Of a DNA stretch of 64,000 bases, positions 39,691-52,276 are shown piece after piece. The position numbers and the translations under genes were made by a program. How positions within the stretch are numbered: the stretch's first letter is position 1; each line of letters opens with the position of its first letter. The stretch comes from Octopus sinensis (Eukaryota): assembly GCF_006345805.1 (NCBI RefSeq), contig NC_042998.1:35774001-35838000 (forward strand), written 5' to 3'. Below the pieces are notes generated by a model, which did no database searches, was not told the DNA's origin, and was given only the letters and a program-made list of their open reading frames with translations.

Positions 39691-40682
39691 TAAATGAAAA
39701 ATTAAAAATAAGACACACACACACATACACACACTCTTTCTCCCCCCTCTCTCTTTCTCACTGTCTGTCTGTCTGTCTCTGACCTTACCCATATACAAAA
39801 AAATGTTTCAAATTGCATTTTATTCATAAAAGTGGTAATGCCACAATTTTTTCATAGCTGACTAATTAAATGTGTCAAGTTTTTTCCCACTCTATAAATA
39901 TTACCTAGTGTTCTGTTATTACAAGCAAGTGCTAAGACGGCTGTAATCTGCTTAAAGTTCACATTATCTGTTTGGCAACGATTGCTAAATTTCGTTCATG
40001 TTTCTTCTTGAATAAAGCATATTGAAAAGTAATTCCAAGACCAGAGAGAACAAATAGGAATTTGTATTCATGCTGTGTAGTATTTTAGCTATTGAAAAAC
40101 CAGCCATTTGTATTCGATAGACAAAATAATACTTCCAAGAAAGTGGCAGGCAACAAGGAATATTGTTTTTCCTCCCACATATGTTTTTGATCTTCTTCGT
40201 GTTGGTGAACAGCTGTTTTTAGTTGCTTAGTACTAATCGGAGCCCGACAGCATTTTTAAAATGGTTACAACAGTTTATTTTATGACCAAATGGTCCTGGT
40301 TCAATTCTATTGCGTGGCACCCTCAGCAAATATCTTCTGTTGTAGTTTTGAGTTTGCACTGTTTTGAGTGAATACTGGTAACCTAGACCTGCAGCAGGAA
40401 ATGCTAAGGATTCTGCACTTTGGAATTGAATCAGTACACTGTGGTTAAAATCTTCCACCAAACCTTAGTCACAATTTATGTTCCTAACACTAGCTCAATG
40501 ATAACTAAGTTATTTTACTAAATTCTTTGTTATATTTAAAATCAATTGAAAGAAACACAGAACATCTCAACAGAAATATGGTAACAAAAGGGTTAAAATA
40601 TATAATAGAGACACAATTCTTAAGGTTCTCTCATTTTTCTTTTGTAGATTACGCAGTCCAGCATGCGCCGTTCAAGCCTGCC

Positions 40683-40787
40683 ATGTTAAGGCTAAGTGGA
40701 TTGTCAAAGCCGCAGAGGTTAATCCTAGGTGTGGTAGTGCTGTTGGTTGTGAATATCTTATGGGTGGCCTCATCAGAATTCACTCAG
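40683..40787 (+). CDS. SLC35F5: SLC35F5-like solute carrier, first recognisable coding exon (MLRLSG...WVASSEFTQ)
   Basis: Acceptor tttgtAG ends at 40647, ATG at 40683 in a GCCTGCCATG context, donor CAG|GTAATC. The peptide resembles the RxxLGIVILLxVDVIWVASSE segment of SLC35F5 as recalled. 105 nt, ends in phase 0. Confidence 0.88.
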
Positions 40788-41034
40788 GTAATCACACACT
40801 TTCACTTTCTTTATATTGTTAAACCTATTATCTCACAAAGTGTTGCATGTTCAAGTTTTATGTCGAAGATTGGGGTTTTTTTGTCAATTTTCTTTTACTC
40901 ACTTTTCAAGTTCCATATAATGGAAGCTGAGAGTACAGTCTTTATAATTTCAATTGCCATAAATTGTTTTTGTGAGGGTGAAGGTGAGTTTCATCATCAT
41001 GATCATTTAACATCTGTTTTCCATGCTGGCAGAG

Positions 41035-41400
41035 ATTGAACAAGAGCTGTGCAGAATCACCTCCCTCCGAAAAGTCATCCTAACGAGACGTCTGCGTTGG
41101 CTGGGTCATGCCCTCCGTCATCAGCCAGGAGAATTCACCTATGAAGCAATTGCCCCAGTTCCCTTTCAAGGTTGGCGAAAGCGATGTGGTGGACAACGAA
41201 AAACCTGGCTGATGACAGTCAAGGCTGATCTGGAACCCAACCTAGGCCCCCATATCTACACCGTTCGCCACTGGAATAAGGAGTGGTTGGAGATCACGCG
41301 GTCGTTAGCCTCAAATCGTCAGGTCTGCTCGGCGTTTGTGAGAGATGCAGCATTGAGGATGAATGAAGCCAGCTCAACCCACCCCGGGTGAATGCTGTCT
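41035..41400 (+). mobile_element. RTE-clade LINE C-terminal fragment nested in a family A copy
   Basis: RRLRWLGH...GGQRKTW...EASSTHPG*. The same family occurs at ~50722-50940 (EAGSTRPG*). Confidence 0.82.
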
Positions 41401-42334
41401 CGAGACAGGAGCTGACAAGCCAGAAGACTGCACCAGGCTCCAATTGTCTGTTTTGGCATGGTTTCTACGGCTGGACAACCTTCCTAATGCCAACCACTTT
41501 ACAGAGTGGGCTGGGTGCTTTTTACCACCAGTGCTTCATACGTGACCCCCACTCCACCCTCATCGGTGTTCTTTAGTTTGTTGTATTCCTTCTCATCCTG
41601 AGGAATGTGAAATTATTTGTTCTTGCAGATTATATTCAGTTACTAAGATATATTTTATGTTTTTAGTAGGTAAGAGAAGCTTGCTTCCCAACCACATGGT
41701 TCTGTGTTCAGTCCCACTGCATGGCACCTTGGGCAAGTGACTTCTACTATAGCCTCAGGCTGACCAAAGCCTTGTGAGTGGATTTGGTAGTCGGAAACTG
41801 AAAGAAGCCCGTTGTGTGTGTGTGTGTGTCCCCTTCCACCTTCACTTGACAACCGATGTTGGTGTGTTTACGTCGCCCTAATTTAGCTGTTCATCAAAAG
41901 AGACTAGGCTTACAAAGAACAAATCCTGGGGTCGATTAGTTTGACTAAAGGTGGTGCTCTAGCTTGGCCACAGTCGCCATGACTGAAACAAATAAGAGTA
42001 AAAGAGTAGACATTATGAAAGAGTTGAATAGACCAGCTTTGACAATCGTTTTTTTTTTACCTTGTTTTGTTTTGTTTTTCTAGCAACCACAGTGTAAAAG
42101 GACCATCCTCTCCAATGGATCCTTGTCTTTAATATGATATTAGTGTATTATTTGAAAGAGATTTTCCTTTTTTTTTTTTTGTTGTTTTTTTTTCTAGTAG
42201 GTTGAACAAGTGTGTGGGAATTCCCCTCATTGGCTTAATGTGTGGGTGTTTTAAAAGCATGTCTGAGCTCACAAACAAACTTAGGTATGTGATATGGCAA
42301 ATTAAAGGCGAGACAGAAAGGAAACCAAACAGTT

Positions 42335-42720
42335 TAGGCGCAGGAGTGGCTGTGTAGTAAGTAGCTTGCTAACCAACCACGTGGTTCCGGGTTCAGTCCC
42401 ACTGCGTGGCATCTTGGGCAAGTGTCTTCTGCTATAGCCTCAGGCCGACCAATGCCTTGTGAGTGGATTTGGTAGACGGAAACTGAAAGAAGCCTGTCGT
42501 ATATATGTATATATATATATATGTGTGTATGTGTTTGTCCCCCAGCATTGCTTGACAACCGATGCTGGTGTGTTTACGGCCCCGTCACTTAGCGGTTCGG
42601 CAAAAGAGACCAATAGAATAAGTACTGGGCTTACAAAGAATAAGTCCCGGGGTCGAGTTGCTCGACTAAAGGCGGTGCTCCAGCATGGCCGCAGTCAAAT
42701 GACTGAAACAAGTAAAAGAG
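42335..42720 (+). mobile_element. SINE family B, intron 1 of SLC35F5
   Basis: Full-length copy with CpGs intact. Confidence 0.88.
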
Positions 42721-44011
42721 AAAAAAAAAAGGGAAAAAGAGTTATGATATTTTGATGTTTTTAGTATTTATAAAAGTAGTTTTAACATTACAATCCATAA
42801 ATCGGTTGCACTCTCTGGTTGAAGTTCTTGCAAAAGGAAATTGTGTAAAGCTTCCATACAATGCTAATAAAAAGTCGTTTTAACCAGTAACATGTGGCCA
42901 TGCTGGGGCAGTTCAGTTAACCCTTCAGCGTTCAGATCATTCTGTCAAAGGCAATACTTATTTAGTCACATTGCTTTGAATTAATCATACATTATTGTGT
43001 AGCTTTGAGATTTCAATGTGATTGTATATTTCTAGAATGACATTGTAGGGTAGGTGAGAGAGGCTGGATCTGGTCAATTTGAACCTTAAACAGGTAGAAT
43101 ATTTGGGTCTGATGTGGCCAGTTGAAATGCTAAAGGGTTAATAGTGCTGCATATTTTGTTTTTACCGAGCGTGATCGTTGCCAGAGCGGCTAACTGGCTT
43201 CCATGCCGGTGGCACGTAAGAGGCACTATTCGAGCGTGATCGTTACCAGCATCGCTTTACTGGCACCTGTGCCGATGGCATGTGTAAAAAGATTTGAGCG
43301 AGGTCGTTGCCAGTACCGCCTGACTAGCTCCCGTGCCGGTGTCATGTAAAAAGCACCCACTACACTCTCGGAGTGGTTGGTGTTAGGAAGGGCATCCAGC
43401 TGTAGAAACTCTGCCAGATCAAGATTGGAGCCTGGTGCAGCCATCTGGTTCGCCAGCCCTCATCAAAATCGTCCAACCCATGCTAGTATGGAAAGCGGAC
43501 ATTAAACAATGATGATGATGATGTGATTAAGGGAGTTTGATCTGTCCCCCCCCCTCCCCTTGTGTCTTACAGTCTAATTTTCTACTAGTGTCTGAGTGGA
43601 ATGACATTCCGGTTAGTCCTTTCTTTCTGTTGGATGATAACGAAGAGCTTTATTCCATTAAACTCCAGTATTACGATATCTTATCCTAACCCAGGGTGGA
43701 GAAACTAGAAGTTTTCTTACTTTGCATGGCACTACCTAGTACTTTCACCTCAAAGAGTGCTAGAATTTGATGCTAGTCCTCAGGTTTTTCAAATCATGTA
43801 AAAAGCCCCTGTGCTGGTGCCATGTACAAAGCTCACCAGTGCTGGTGCCATGTAAATGGCCCCCAGTATACTCTGTAAAGTGGTGGGTGTTAGGAAGTGC
43901 ATCCAATCATAGAAACCTTGCCAAAACGGACAGTTGGGGCCTGGTGCAGCTCTCTATCTTGCCAGCTCTTGTCAAACTGTCCAACCCATGCCAGCATGGT
44001 TGGACAGTTTG

Positions 44012-44426
44012 ACATATTCTACTATATGGCTCAGAAACCAGGACGTTATCAAAGAAGCTTGAGAGGCGGTTGGATGGAACTTAAACTCGCCTCCTTATGA
44101 GAGCTTAAAATCTCTCGTGGAAGCGTCATCCAACCAAAGTACAAATATATGGGAAACTACCACATGTATCATCTCTTGTGAAAGGTAGAAGAGTCCAGTT
44201 TGCTGGACATTGTTGTAGAGCTGAAAACGAGGTAATTTCTACTCTTCTCCTCTGGAAGCCATCTGCTTGCGATACCAGAGGGCGCACACTCTCCTACCCT
44301 GACGTAATCTCCAGGGATACAGGTATCCAGCAACAGGACCTCCGTAAAGCTATGATGGACCGTGAAGTCTGGCGTAACATAGTAAATTCCATTGTCTCGA
44401 TCACGGTCAAACAATGATGATGATGC
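44012..44426 (+). mobile_element. Another RTE-clade LINE 3' fragment nested in a family A tail
   Basis: LLYGSET...RRVQFAGHC...DREVWR and a (TGA)n tail. ATGCCAGCA is duplicated on both sides. Confidence 0.8.
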
Positions 44427-44716
44427 CAGCACAGAAAATGGACGTTAAATGATGATAATGAAATTACGGCATGTATTTTCTTTCTTTGTTTCTCGTTGTT
44501 GTTGTAAATTCTCCAACTTCTCCCATTAATTAGTTGCCTCTTGAAATCATCCTAATGTCGGATTGTTGAATTGCTTCCACTTTATCGGCTCAAAGAAAAC
44601 CCATCAGGTTTCCTTGGGGCTGATAGCTTACTCGTAAATAGCAATCAGAAATCACCCAATATGTTATGGCTTACTGAATTCATCCTTGTCCGTTTCTTCT
44701 TCTTCTTCTTTTGCAG

Positions 44717-44848
44717 TATATCTTTAAACAAGAGCATTACATCAAGCCATTCTTCATAGCATATGCAAAGTCTGCAATGTTTATGGTATACCTGTTGGGT
44801 TTCCTGGTTTTGAAGCCCTGGAGACAACAGTGCAGCCGGAACAGTAAA
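44717..44848 (+). CDS. SLC35F5: SLC35F5-like exon 2 (YIFKQEHYIKPFF...KPWRQQCSRNSK)
   Basis: ttttgcAG acceptor, GTATGT donor, 132 nt, phase 0-0. Contains the KPFF and KPWRQQC motifs of SLC35F5. Confidence 0.92.
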
Positions 44849-44887
44849 GTATGTACAATAGTGTTCCACTTTGGATATTTAATTGGT

Positions 44888-45150
44888 TTCTTTCTTTCTT
44901 TCTTTCTTTCTTTCCTAAGCTGCTTTTTCTTTCTTTCTTTCCTAAACTGCTTTCTTTCTTTCTTTCTTTCCTTCCTTCTTTCTTTCCTTTCTCTCTTTCC
45001 TTCCTTCCTTCCTTCTTTCCTTCCTTCCTTCCTTCCTTCCTTCCTTCCTTCTTTCTTTCTTTCTTTCCTAAACTACTTTCTTTCTTTCCTTCCTTCCTTT
45101 CTTCCTTCTTTCTTTCTTCCTTCCTTCCCCCCTCCTTCCTTCCTTCCTAA
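44888..45150. repeat. (CTTT/CCTT)n polypyrimidine tract
   Basis: About 260 nt of almost pure pyrimidine, with recurring CCTAAACTGCTT-like interruptions. Confidence 0.95.
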
Positions 45151-45763
45151 ACTGCTTTTTTTAGAAACACAGTGATTGACGTCCGTCACTCACAATTCTA
45201 ACGAGAAAGGCAAAACTCTATGTGGCCTAACTTTGGGTAAAATGAAGATCCTGCAAGAATTGTTCTCGAGGATGCAACTCCAATTCAGATGCTACCTGTA
45301 GCATCTGACAACTCATAAAAGCAAATAACGGTTGCTTCTTATTAGTATGAGCAATAATTCATTAATATTGTTTTGTATTTCATTTTTGTTTTTCTTTATT
45401 TTCTCGTTTCCAGTTCCAGCTAAGGTTGCTGGATATTGTTTAGCAAATAAAAGACCACATTGAACGTAACCTGGGCACGTGGATAAGCATTAATCTCCAA
45501 TGACTCTAATACCATAATCTGCTGTTTTGTCTTATGTCCGTTCACTCTTCATTTATATTTTAGAATAATTTCTTTCCTTTAAAACAATTAGTATGCCATG
45601 ACATATCCTACAGTTCAAAGCTGTATGTAAAACAGTTAAGTACGAAACATTTCCCAAGAAAAGCTGACTTATTCTGACATATTGGGATTATTTTAAAGTA
45701 AAACAATTATCTGGGTTTCCTTCTGTGAATCCGTTTTGATTCCAGAGGGAGTCAGCTCTTTAA

Positions 45764-46369
45764 CCCTTTCGTTACGAACCCGGCTGAAACTGTCTCTGGC
45801 TCTGAGTACAAATGTCTTCTTTTCTCTTTCTCTTTTCTCTTTTACTTGTTTCAGTCATTTGACTGCGGCCATGCTGGAGCACCACCTTTAATCGAGCAAC
45901 TCGACCCCGGGACTTATTCTTTTGTAAGCCCAGTACTTATTCTATCGGTCTCTTTTGCCAAACCGCTAAGTGACGGGGACATAAACACACCAGCATCGGT
46001 TGTCAAGCAATGCTAGGGGGACAAACACAGACACACAAACACGCACATACATATATATACATATATACGACGGGCTTCTTTCAGTTTCCGTCTACCAAAT
46101 CCACTCACAAGGCTTTGGTCGGCCCGAGGCTATAGCAGAAGACACTTGTCCAAGGTGCCACGCAGTGGGACTGAACCCGGAACCATGTGGTTGGTAAACA
46201 AGCTACTTCATAAGTTTTGAATTAAAATCTTCCACCAAACCTTAGTCACAATTAATGTTCCTAACACTAGCTTAATGATAACTAAGTTATTTTATTAAAT
46301 TATTTGTTATTTTTAAAATTAATTGAAAGAAACACAGAGCATCTCAAAATAAATACAGTAAAGTAAGGG
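45764..46369. mobile_element. Second TTAA/piggyBac-type MITE family, interrupted by a family B SINE
   Basis: TTAACCCTTT...AAGGGTTAA ends. Related pieces at ~20150-20400, 40440-40595 and 59160-59525. Confidence 0.72.
45821..46208 (-). mobile_element. SINE family B, intron 2 of SLC35F5
   Basis: Near-full-length copy, inverted relative to the 42335 and 46633 copies. Confidence 0.88.
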
Positions 46370-46529
46370 TTAAAGATGGTCAGAAAGAAGCAGATGGAAA
46401 GAAGAAAATCAAAGGATTGTTATCGCAAAAGAAGTGGATAATCTTGGATACGAATGACATAAACAACAGGGCGAGGGACTGAAAGGGAATTGGTTTACCA
46501 TAAAAGAAATGTGAAAGGGAGGAATATTA

Positions 46530-47230
46530 AGTAGCTTAGTGGTTAAGTTGTTTGCCTACGATTGTAAGGTCCTGAGTTTAATTACCAGCAGCATGCTGTG
46601 TCCTTGAGCAAGACACTTTATTTCACATTGCTCCAGTCCACTAGGCCATGTAGAAGTGGCTGTGTGGTAAGTAGCTTGCTTACGAACCACATGGTTCTGG
46701 GTTCAGTCCCACTGCGTGGCACCTTGGGCAAATGTCTTCTACTATAGCCTCAGGCCGACCAAAGCCTTATGAGTGGATTTGGTAGATGGAAACTGAAAGA
46801 AGCCTGTCGTATATATGCATATATATGTGTGTGTGTTTGTGCGTCTGTGTTTGTCCCCCCAAAATCACTTGACAACCGATGCTGGTGTGTTTTAGGTAAC
46901 TTAGCGGTTCGGCAAAAGAGACCGATAGAATAAGTACTAGGCTTACAAAGAATAAGTCCTGGGGTCGATTTGCTCGACTAAAGGCGGTGCTCCAGCATGG
47001 CCACAGTCAAATGACTGAAACAAGTAGAAGAGTACAAGAAGAGTAAGCTAGCAGAAATGAGTTGTACCAGTAATTCAAAGGGGACAGCCATGTTACATTC
47101 TGTGTCCTGCTGGTACTCCCTGAGAACTACATGTCTGTGGAGTACTCAGCCAGTTGCACGTTAATTTCATGAGCAGGCTATTCTCATGATCGGACCAACT
47201 AGAACCCTTGTCATCAGAACCGGCAGAGCA
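46530..47230 (+). mobile_element. tRNA-headed SINE family E, interrupted by a family B SINE
   Basis: CTTGAGCAAGACACTTTATTTCACATTGCTCCAGTCCACT...GTGGAGTACTCAGCC. Other copies at ~10200, 36960, 55405 and 60805. Confidence 0.75.
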
Positions 47231-47954
47231 CCAGTCCAAATCAATCCAACTGTGATTTTTTTTTTTAGGCCTATGTAAGACCAATTTATCCAATGACTTG
47301 CCTTATTTTTAAATGGTAAAGTGTGGTTAGAAGATTTGGCTTCTATTTCTAGCAAGTCAAACTCCCGATAAGAAGAAAAAAAAAAATTATTGAAGCTGAT
47401 AAAGAAAAACAGAACAGAGACAATATTCTTTCCTCTCTTTTGGGTTCCATTCATTTGACTATTATTTTGTTGGGATATTCCTTTTTAACGATTCTAGCTG
47501 TTCATTGCTATAATAATGAATGTCACAAATGTCTGTCAAATGAATGACACAACACAGAATGGTGTTACTGGAAAAAAAAAAATCAATAATTATACTGAAA
47601 AAGGAAATAATACTGCTACATAAAAAAGTCTCTTTATATAGAGTTGTCACTGTTGTTTTTTTTTGTTTTTCCTTTTCTCCCACTGATTTACTGTTATGTG
47701 GCTATTCTACAGCAGCTAACCAAAACAGCAGCTTGCTAGTTCTAGGCTGTAGAGTCAGCAGTTCCTATCACATCATCATAACTGCTGTGTCTTTCACTAA
47801 TCTCTTTAGCTGTTCTTGTGTCTGTCTAGCTTGATGTAAACAGACGACAGGCAAGCAGGGCCAACATACTCCTGAATGCACCGAAATCATTGTGTGTAGT
47901 TAGCAAATCTTGTCATTTCCTTACAGTGCTGTGTTCAAATCCTTTTGTGGGCAA

Positions 47955-48535
47955 CGGCTTTTAGATTTACATTATTTACATTTGATGGATATTTGTCCTC
48001 GTCTTGTTTGTTGTTAACACAACCAGAGTGGCTAACTGGCTTCCGTGCCTGTGGCATGTAAGAGGCACCATTCGAGTGGGATCGTTACCAACGTCGCCTT
48101 ACTGGCACCTGTGCCGTTGGCATGTGTAAAAAGATTCGAGCGAGGTCGTTGCCAGTACCACCTGACTGGCCCCGTACCGGTGGCACATAAAAGCACCCAC
48201 TACACTCTCGAAGTGGTTGGCGTTAGGAAGGGCATCCAGCTGAAGAAAATCTGCCAGATCAAGACTGGCGCCTGGTGCAGCCATCTGGTTCGCTAGCCCT
48301 CAGTCAAATCGTCCAACCCATGCTAGCATGGAAAGCGGATGTTAAACGATGATGATGATAACGTTTCGGCTGATATACCCCCCAGCCTTCATTAGGTGTC
48401 TTAGGGAAATTTCAAACCTGTGTTATCGTTCCTAAGGTATTATTTGATGTTATTATTATTCAGGTCACTGCCTGGAATCGAACTCGGAATCTTGGGGCTA
48501 GTAGCCCACACTCTTAACCACTACGCCATATGCCC
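47955..48535 (-). mobile_element. tRNA-headed HHR element interrupted by an RTE-X-like 3' end (48024-48359)
   Basis: Head has A box TGGCGTAGTGG and B box GTTCGATTC. Core reads CTAATGA (G5A). The insertion is flanked by AAC/AAC. Confidence 0.82.
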
Positions 48536-51297
48536 ATAGAACAGCCTTTAGAATCTTCAGTAAAATGTGATGTTTGCAAGAACATTTCATCACATTTCAA
48601 ATTAATTTCTATATCTGATGTTTTTGGCAGCTGACAGACTCATCTTAAATTCTCTTTAAAAGACCCAAGATAAATATAGCTGTTTGCAAGTTTGACTTTA
48701 GACATTTCTCCACTAATGTACTGGGATTGCTTATGTGAAAGGCACCTGTGCCAATGCCACATAGAAATCACCCAGTGGAGCATTCTGTAAAGTGGTTGGC
48801 ATCGGGAAGGGCATCCAGCTGTAGAAACCAACCCCAAACCGACTATGGGATCTAAAAAGGTCCCTTGTTCTCAGCAAGACTGTTTTCTCTACCCCACATT
48901 GTCTCCATGTGTTTTCCATACAGCATACACTGTGTACATTCTATTGTGGTGCTGAGTACGAGATGGATTACCTTGTACCCAGAAGGACCAAAAAATATCC
49001 TCTCTGTCTGGCATTGTCTTTGCTATCTCAAGGCAACATGACTGAAAAGGTGGATAGAAGAGAGAAAATCGGGATGGTGGTGGTGGTGGTAAGAGAAGAG
49101 TATGAAGGGAGAAAGTTCTAGAAGTGAGAGGAGGGAGGAATGGAAGGAGACAGTGATGGGCAGTGACATGCTTGTTGGGGGGGGGGGGGTTGAGTAGCAA
49201 AACGGTATGGGTGGTGTGATGGAGGTAAAGAGTGAATGGAAAGAGGTAAGCAGGATGCTGGAAGAGAGAAAGCGGTAGACATCAACACTGAGTGATAAAG
49301 GAAGGAGTAATGTGTGTAGAACAGCCCTCCTCAACTACTGCCCTAGGACTGTATTCGGGCCCTTGAGCATCCTTCTGACAGTTTTCCGTCTATGAGTATA
49401 AATTTTCTTTGTGTTTTACTTTTTGGTGTGGCCCATCATCATCATCATCATCGTTTAATGTCTTTCTTTTTTTTTATTGCCCACAAGGGGCTAAACATAG
49501 AGGGGACAAAGGGATTAAGTCGATTACATCAACCCCAGTGCGTAACTGGTACTTAATTTATCGACCCCGAAAGGATAAAAGGCAAAGTCGACTTCGGCGG
49601 AATTTGAACTCAGATCGTAAGGACGGACGAAATGCCGCTAAGCATTTCGCCTGGCGTGCTAATGTTTTCTGCCAGCTCACCGCCTTTGCATCGTTTAATG
49701 TCTGCCTTCCATGCTGGTATTGGGTTGGACAGTTTGACTGAGGGCTGGTGAGCCAGAAGGCTGCACCAGGCTCCAGTCTGATCTGGCAATTTTTTTACAG
49801 CTGGATGCCCTTCCTAACACCAACCACTCTGACAATGTAGTGAGTGCTTTTTACATGCCACCAGCATGAGGGCCAGTCGAGCTGTACTGGCATCGGTCAC
49901 ACTTGGATGGTGCTTTTTATGTGCCACCGGCATGGGGGCCATTCTGGTGGCACTGGCAATGATCACGCTCGAATGGTGTTTTTAACGTGCCACTGGCACA
50001 GGTGCCAATCAGGAAGTACTGTCATCAGCCACGACAACAACTTCACTTATCTCAACAGCTCTTTGCAAGCACAGTTTATTGCCCAATGATTGAAGGTACT
50101 CTTAAATGATCCCCTTAAAAAAAGATCCATGTTTTGGATCTGGCCCAGATATTAAAACGGTTGAAAATCCCAACTATGGAGAGATTGATTGTAAGAAAAG
50201 GAAAGGCAATGATGCAGAGCAGAAGAGTTGCATGATGTGAGAGAGAGAGGGGGGGATATCAATGAGTTATAGGGGAAAGAGAGAAGGGGTGCATGATAGT
50301 AGGGGTATTGAATATAGACAGAAGATCCATTGCTTTTGTTTGTTAAGCAAGTGGTGCAATAAGGATTTGATGCAATAATTAGAAGAGAGGGTTATGGATG
50401 GGGGAAGAACATGAAGAGCGTAGACTGGCAGTAGATGGGGACCTAAATATGGAGGGAGGGCGAGACCCAAATGTAAAATATAACACTTCCTAACCTCTCA
50501 CCATCACCGGTTTTGATATATGTGTTACCATACTCACAGGGGTTGGATGGGTCTTCTTCAGCTTGGCATGTCACATTGTTATGGCCTTCCTTTGTTATCA
50601 TCTTCTTTAGTTCTTAAGAAAACAGTCTTCGCTATTTTACTCCATATCTTCCCAGAATTCCCTCTTCCACTTGACACTTAGTATATAACTGACATCCTCC
50701 ATATGCGTCACACGCGGGCAGCTGAAGACCTAGGCAACAACGATAAAAGAGGACCTCTCCGAACTCTCAGGTCCGCAGGTGGTCGGTCTGCACAGATGGA
50801 ACTGTGAATGGCTCGCTATCTCTAGTGACCTCGCACGGGACCGTTGAGCGTGGGACACCATGGTTCGTGATGCCGTTAGGACCAGAGAAGAAGCTGGCTC
50901 AACCCGCCCTGGCTGAACGCCATCACAAGTACAAGTAAAGTCACACGTGCCAGTACAATCTTTTCTTTTCCCTCTTATACCTAACTTTTCTCTCAATTCA
51001 TTTGTGTGCTCTCACTATATTCTGAATTCAAATCCCACAGTAGCCAGCTATTTCTTATCCTTACATTGGGCAGAATCATCGATGCCATACAAAATGCTTT
51101 CTAGTACCTCTGCCCTCCACCCCTACTTATGGGGATATTCCATCATTGTCAACTTCAACATTCATTCCTCTAGTATCTGATAAAATGGTACCAGTGAAAT
51201 ACTGAGCTTGATTTAATTATGTTCTTTTCAAAAACTCATTAGTCTTTTACTAATTTCAGAAATCGTTATCATTAACAATGACAATTATTTATTTCAG

Positions 51298-51354
51298 ACT
51301 CTTCCTAGATTTGAACCTGTTGAAGAACACCCCATTGAAGTGGACAAGCTATTG
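51298..51354 (+). CDS. SLC35F5: SLC35F5-like exon 3 (TLPRFEPVEEHPIEVDKLL)
   Basis: atttcAG acceptor, GTGAGC donor, 57 nt, phase 0-0. Fits the poorly conserved linker; supported by splice signals and frame only. Confidence 0.7.
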
Positions 51355-51890
51355 GTGAGCCTTTTTCAATATCCTGCAAATAATAAAAGATTCAGTTATT
51401 CATTTTCTTTTCCCCTCTTCTCTTTCCTCCCCAATTTCTTGTCTAGTCCTGCCCAAAACATTCTATATTTTGGCATTAGTAAGGGCATCCAGCTGTAGAA
51501 ACCTTGCCAGATCAGATTGGAGCCTGGTGCAGCCTCCCGGCTTGCCAGCCCTCATTCAAACCATCCAACCCATGCCAGCATGGAAAACGGACGTTAAACG
51601 ACGATGATGATGAGGAGGATGATTTCACACACTTGCCTTTTGTACTTTCTGTCTTCTCCAGTTTCCTCCTCTCTCCTTTCACTGACATTTTCACACCTAT
51701 CTGTACAGATATGTACATTTTTGTGCATGCACAGTGCACATTGGTGCAGGCATGGCTGTGTGGTAAGATAAGAAGTTTGCTGCTAATAATGCAGAAAGTT
51801 TTTTAAAAAAAGCCTTTATATATTAGATGCAGAGGCCTATCTCTAGTAGAATGCAGTCAAAGAAATGTATGTTTACATAGGTCCCTGCCA

Positions 51891-52137
51891 TTTTGGATAA
51901 CCCAAAATATAAAGTTTTTTTTTAAAAAACATTTTGGATAACCCAAAATATAAAGGTTTTTTTAAAAAAACATTTTGGATAACCCAAAATATAAAGGTTT
52001 TTTTAAAAAAACATTTTGGATAACCAAAAAAAAATTTTGGATAACCCAAAATATAAAGGTTTTTTTAAAAAAATATTTTAGATAACCCAAAAAAACATTT
52101 TGGATAACCCAAAATATAAAGGTTTTTAAAAAAAAAC
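51891..52137. repeat. ~41-bp AT-rich minisatellite
   Basis: TTTTGGATAACCCAAAA recurs about 7 times. Confidence 0.9.
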
Positions 52138-52276
52138 ACTCTGCATTCTTAGAAACTTTCCTCATTTCATTTATTATTTCTACTTCTGTACTACAATGCT
52201 TCAAGTGAATTACAACACTCTTCTTACCTTAATCAATTTATTGTAAAACTTTAGTTACTCCTATTTTCTCCTCCAG

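Noticed and set aside
39087-39798. Long ORFs in all six frames (up to 231 aa, WP/QLG repeats)
   Set aside because: A stop-free 20-bp minisatellite generates them; no splice or start context supports a gene.
44851-45175. Phe/Leu/Ser-rich ORF extension
   Set aside because: Read-through from exon 2 into the (CTTT)n tract, past the GTATGT donor.
48460-48535. tRNA gene call for the element heads
   Set aside because: Acceptor and T stems do not pair properly and the heads run into repeat bodies, so they are SINE heads, not tRNA genes.
51260-51297. Alternative upstream acceptor for exon 3 (tttcAG at 51259)
   Set aside because: It adds 38 nt and shifts the frame.
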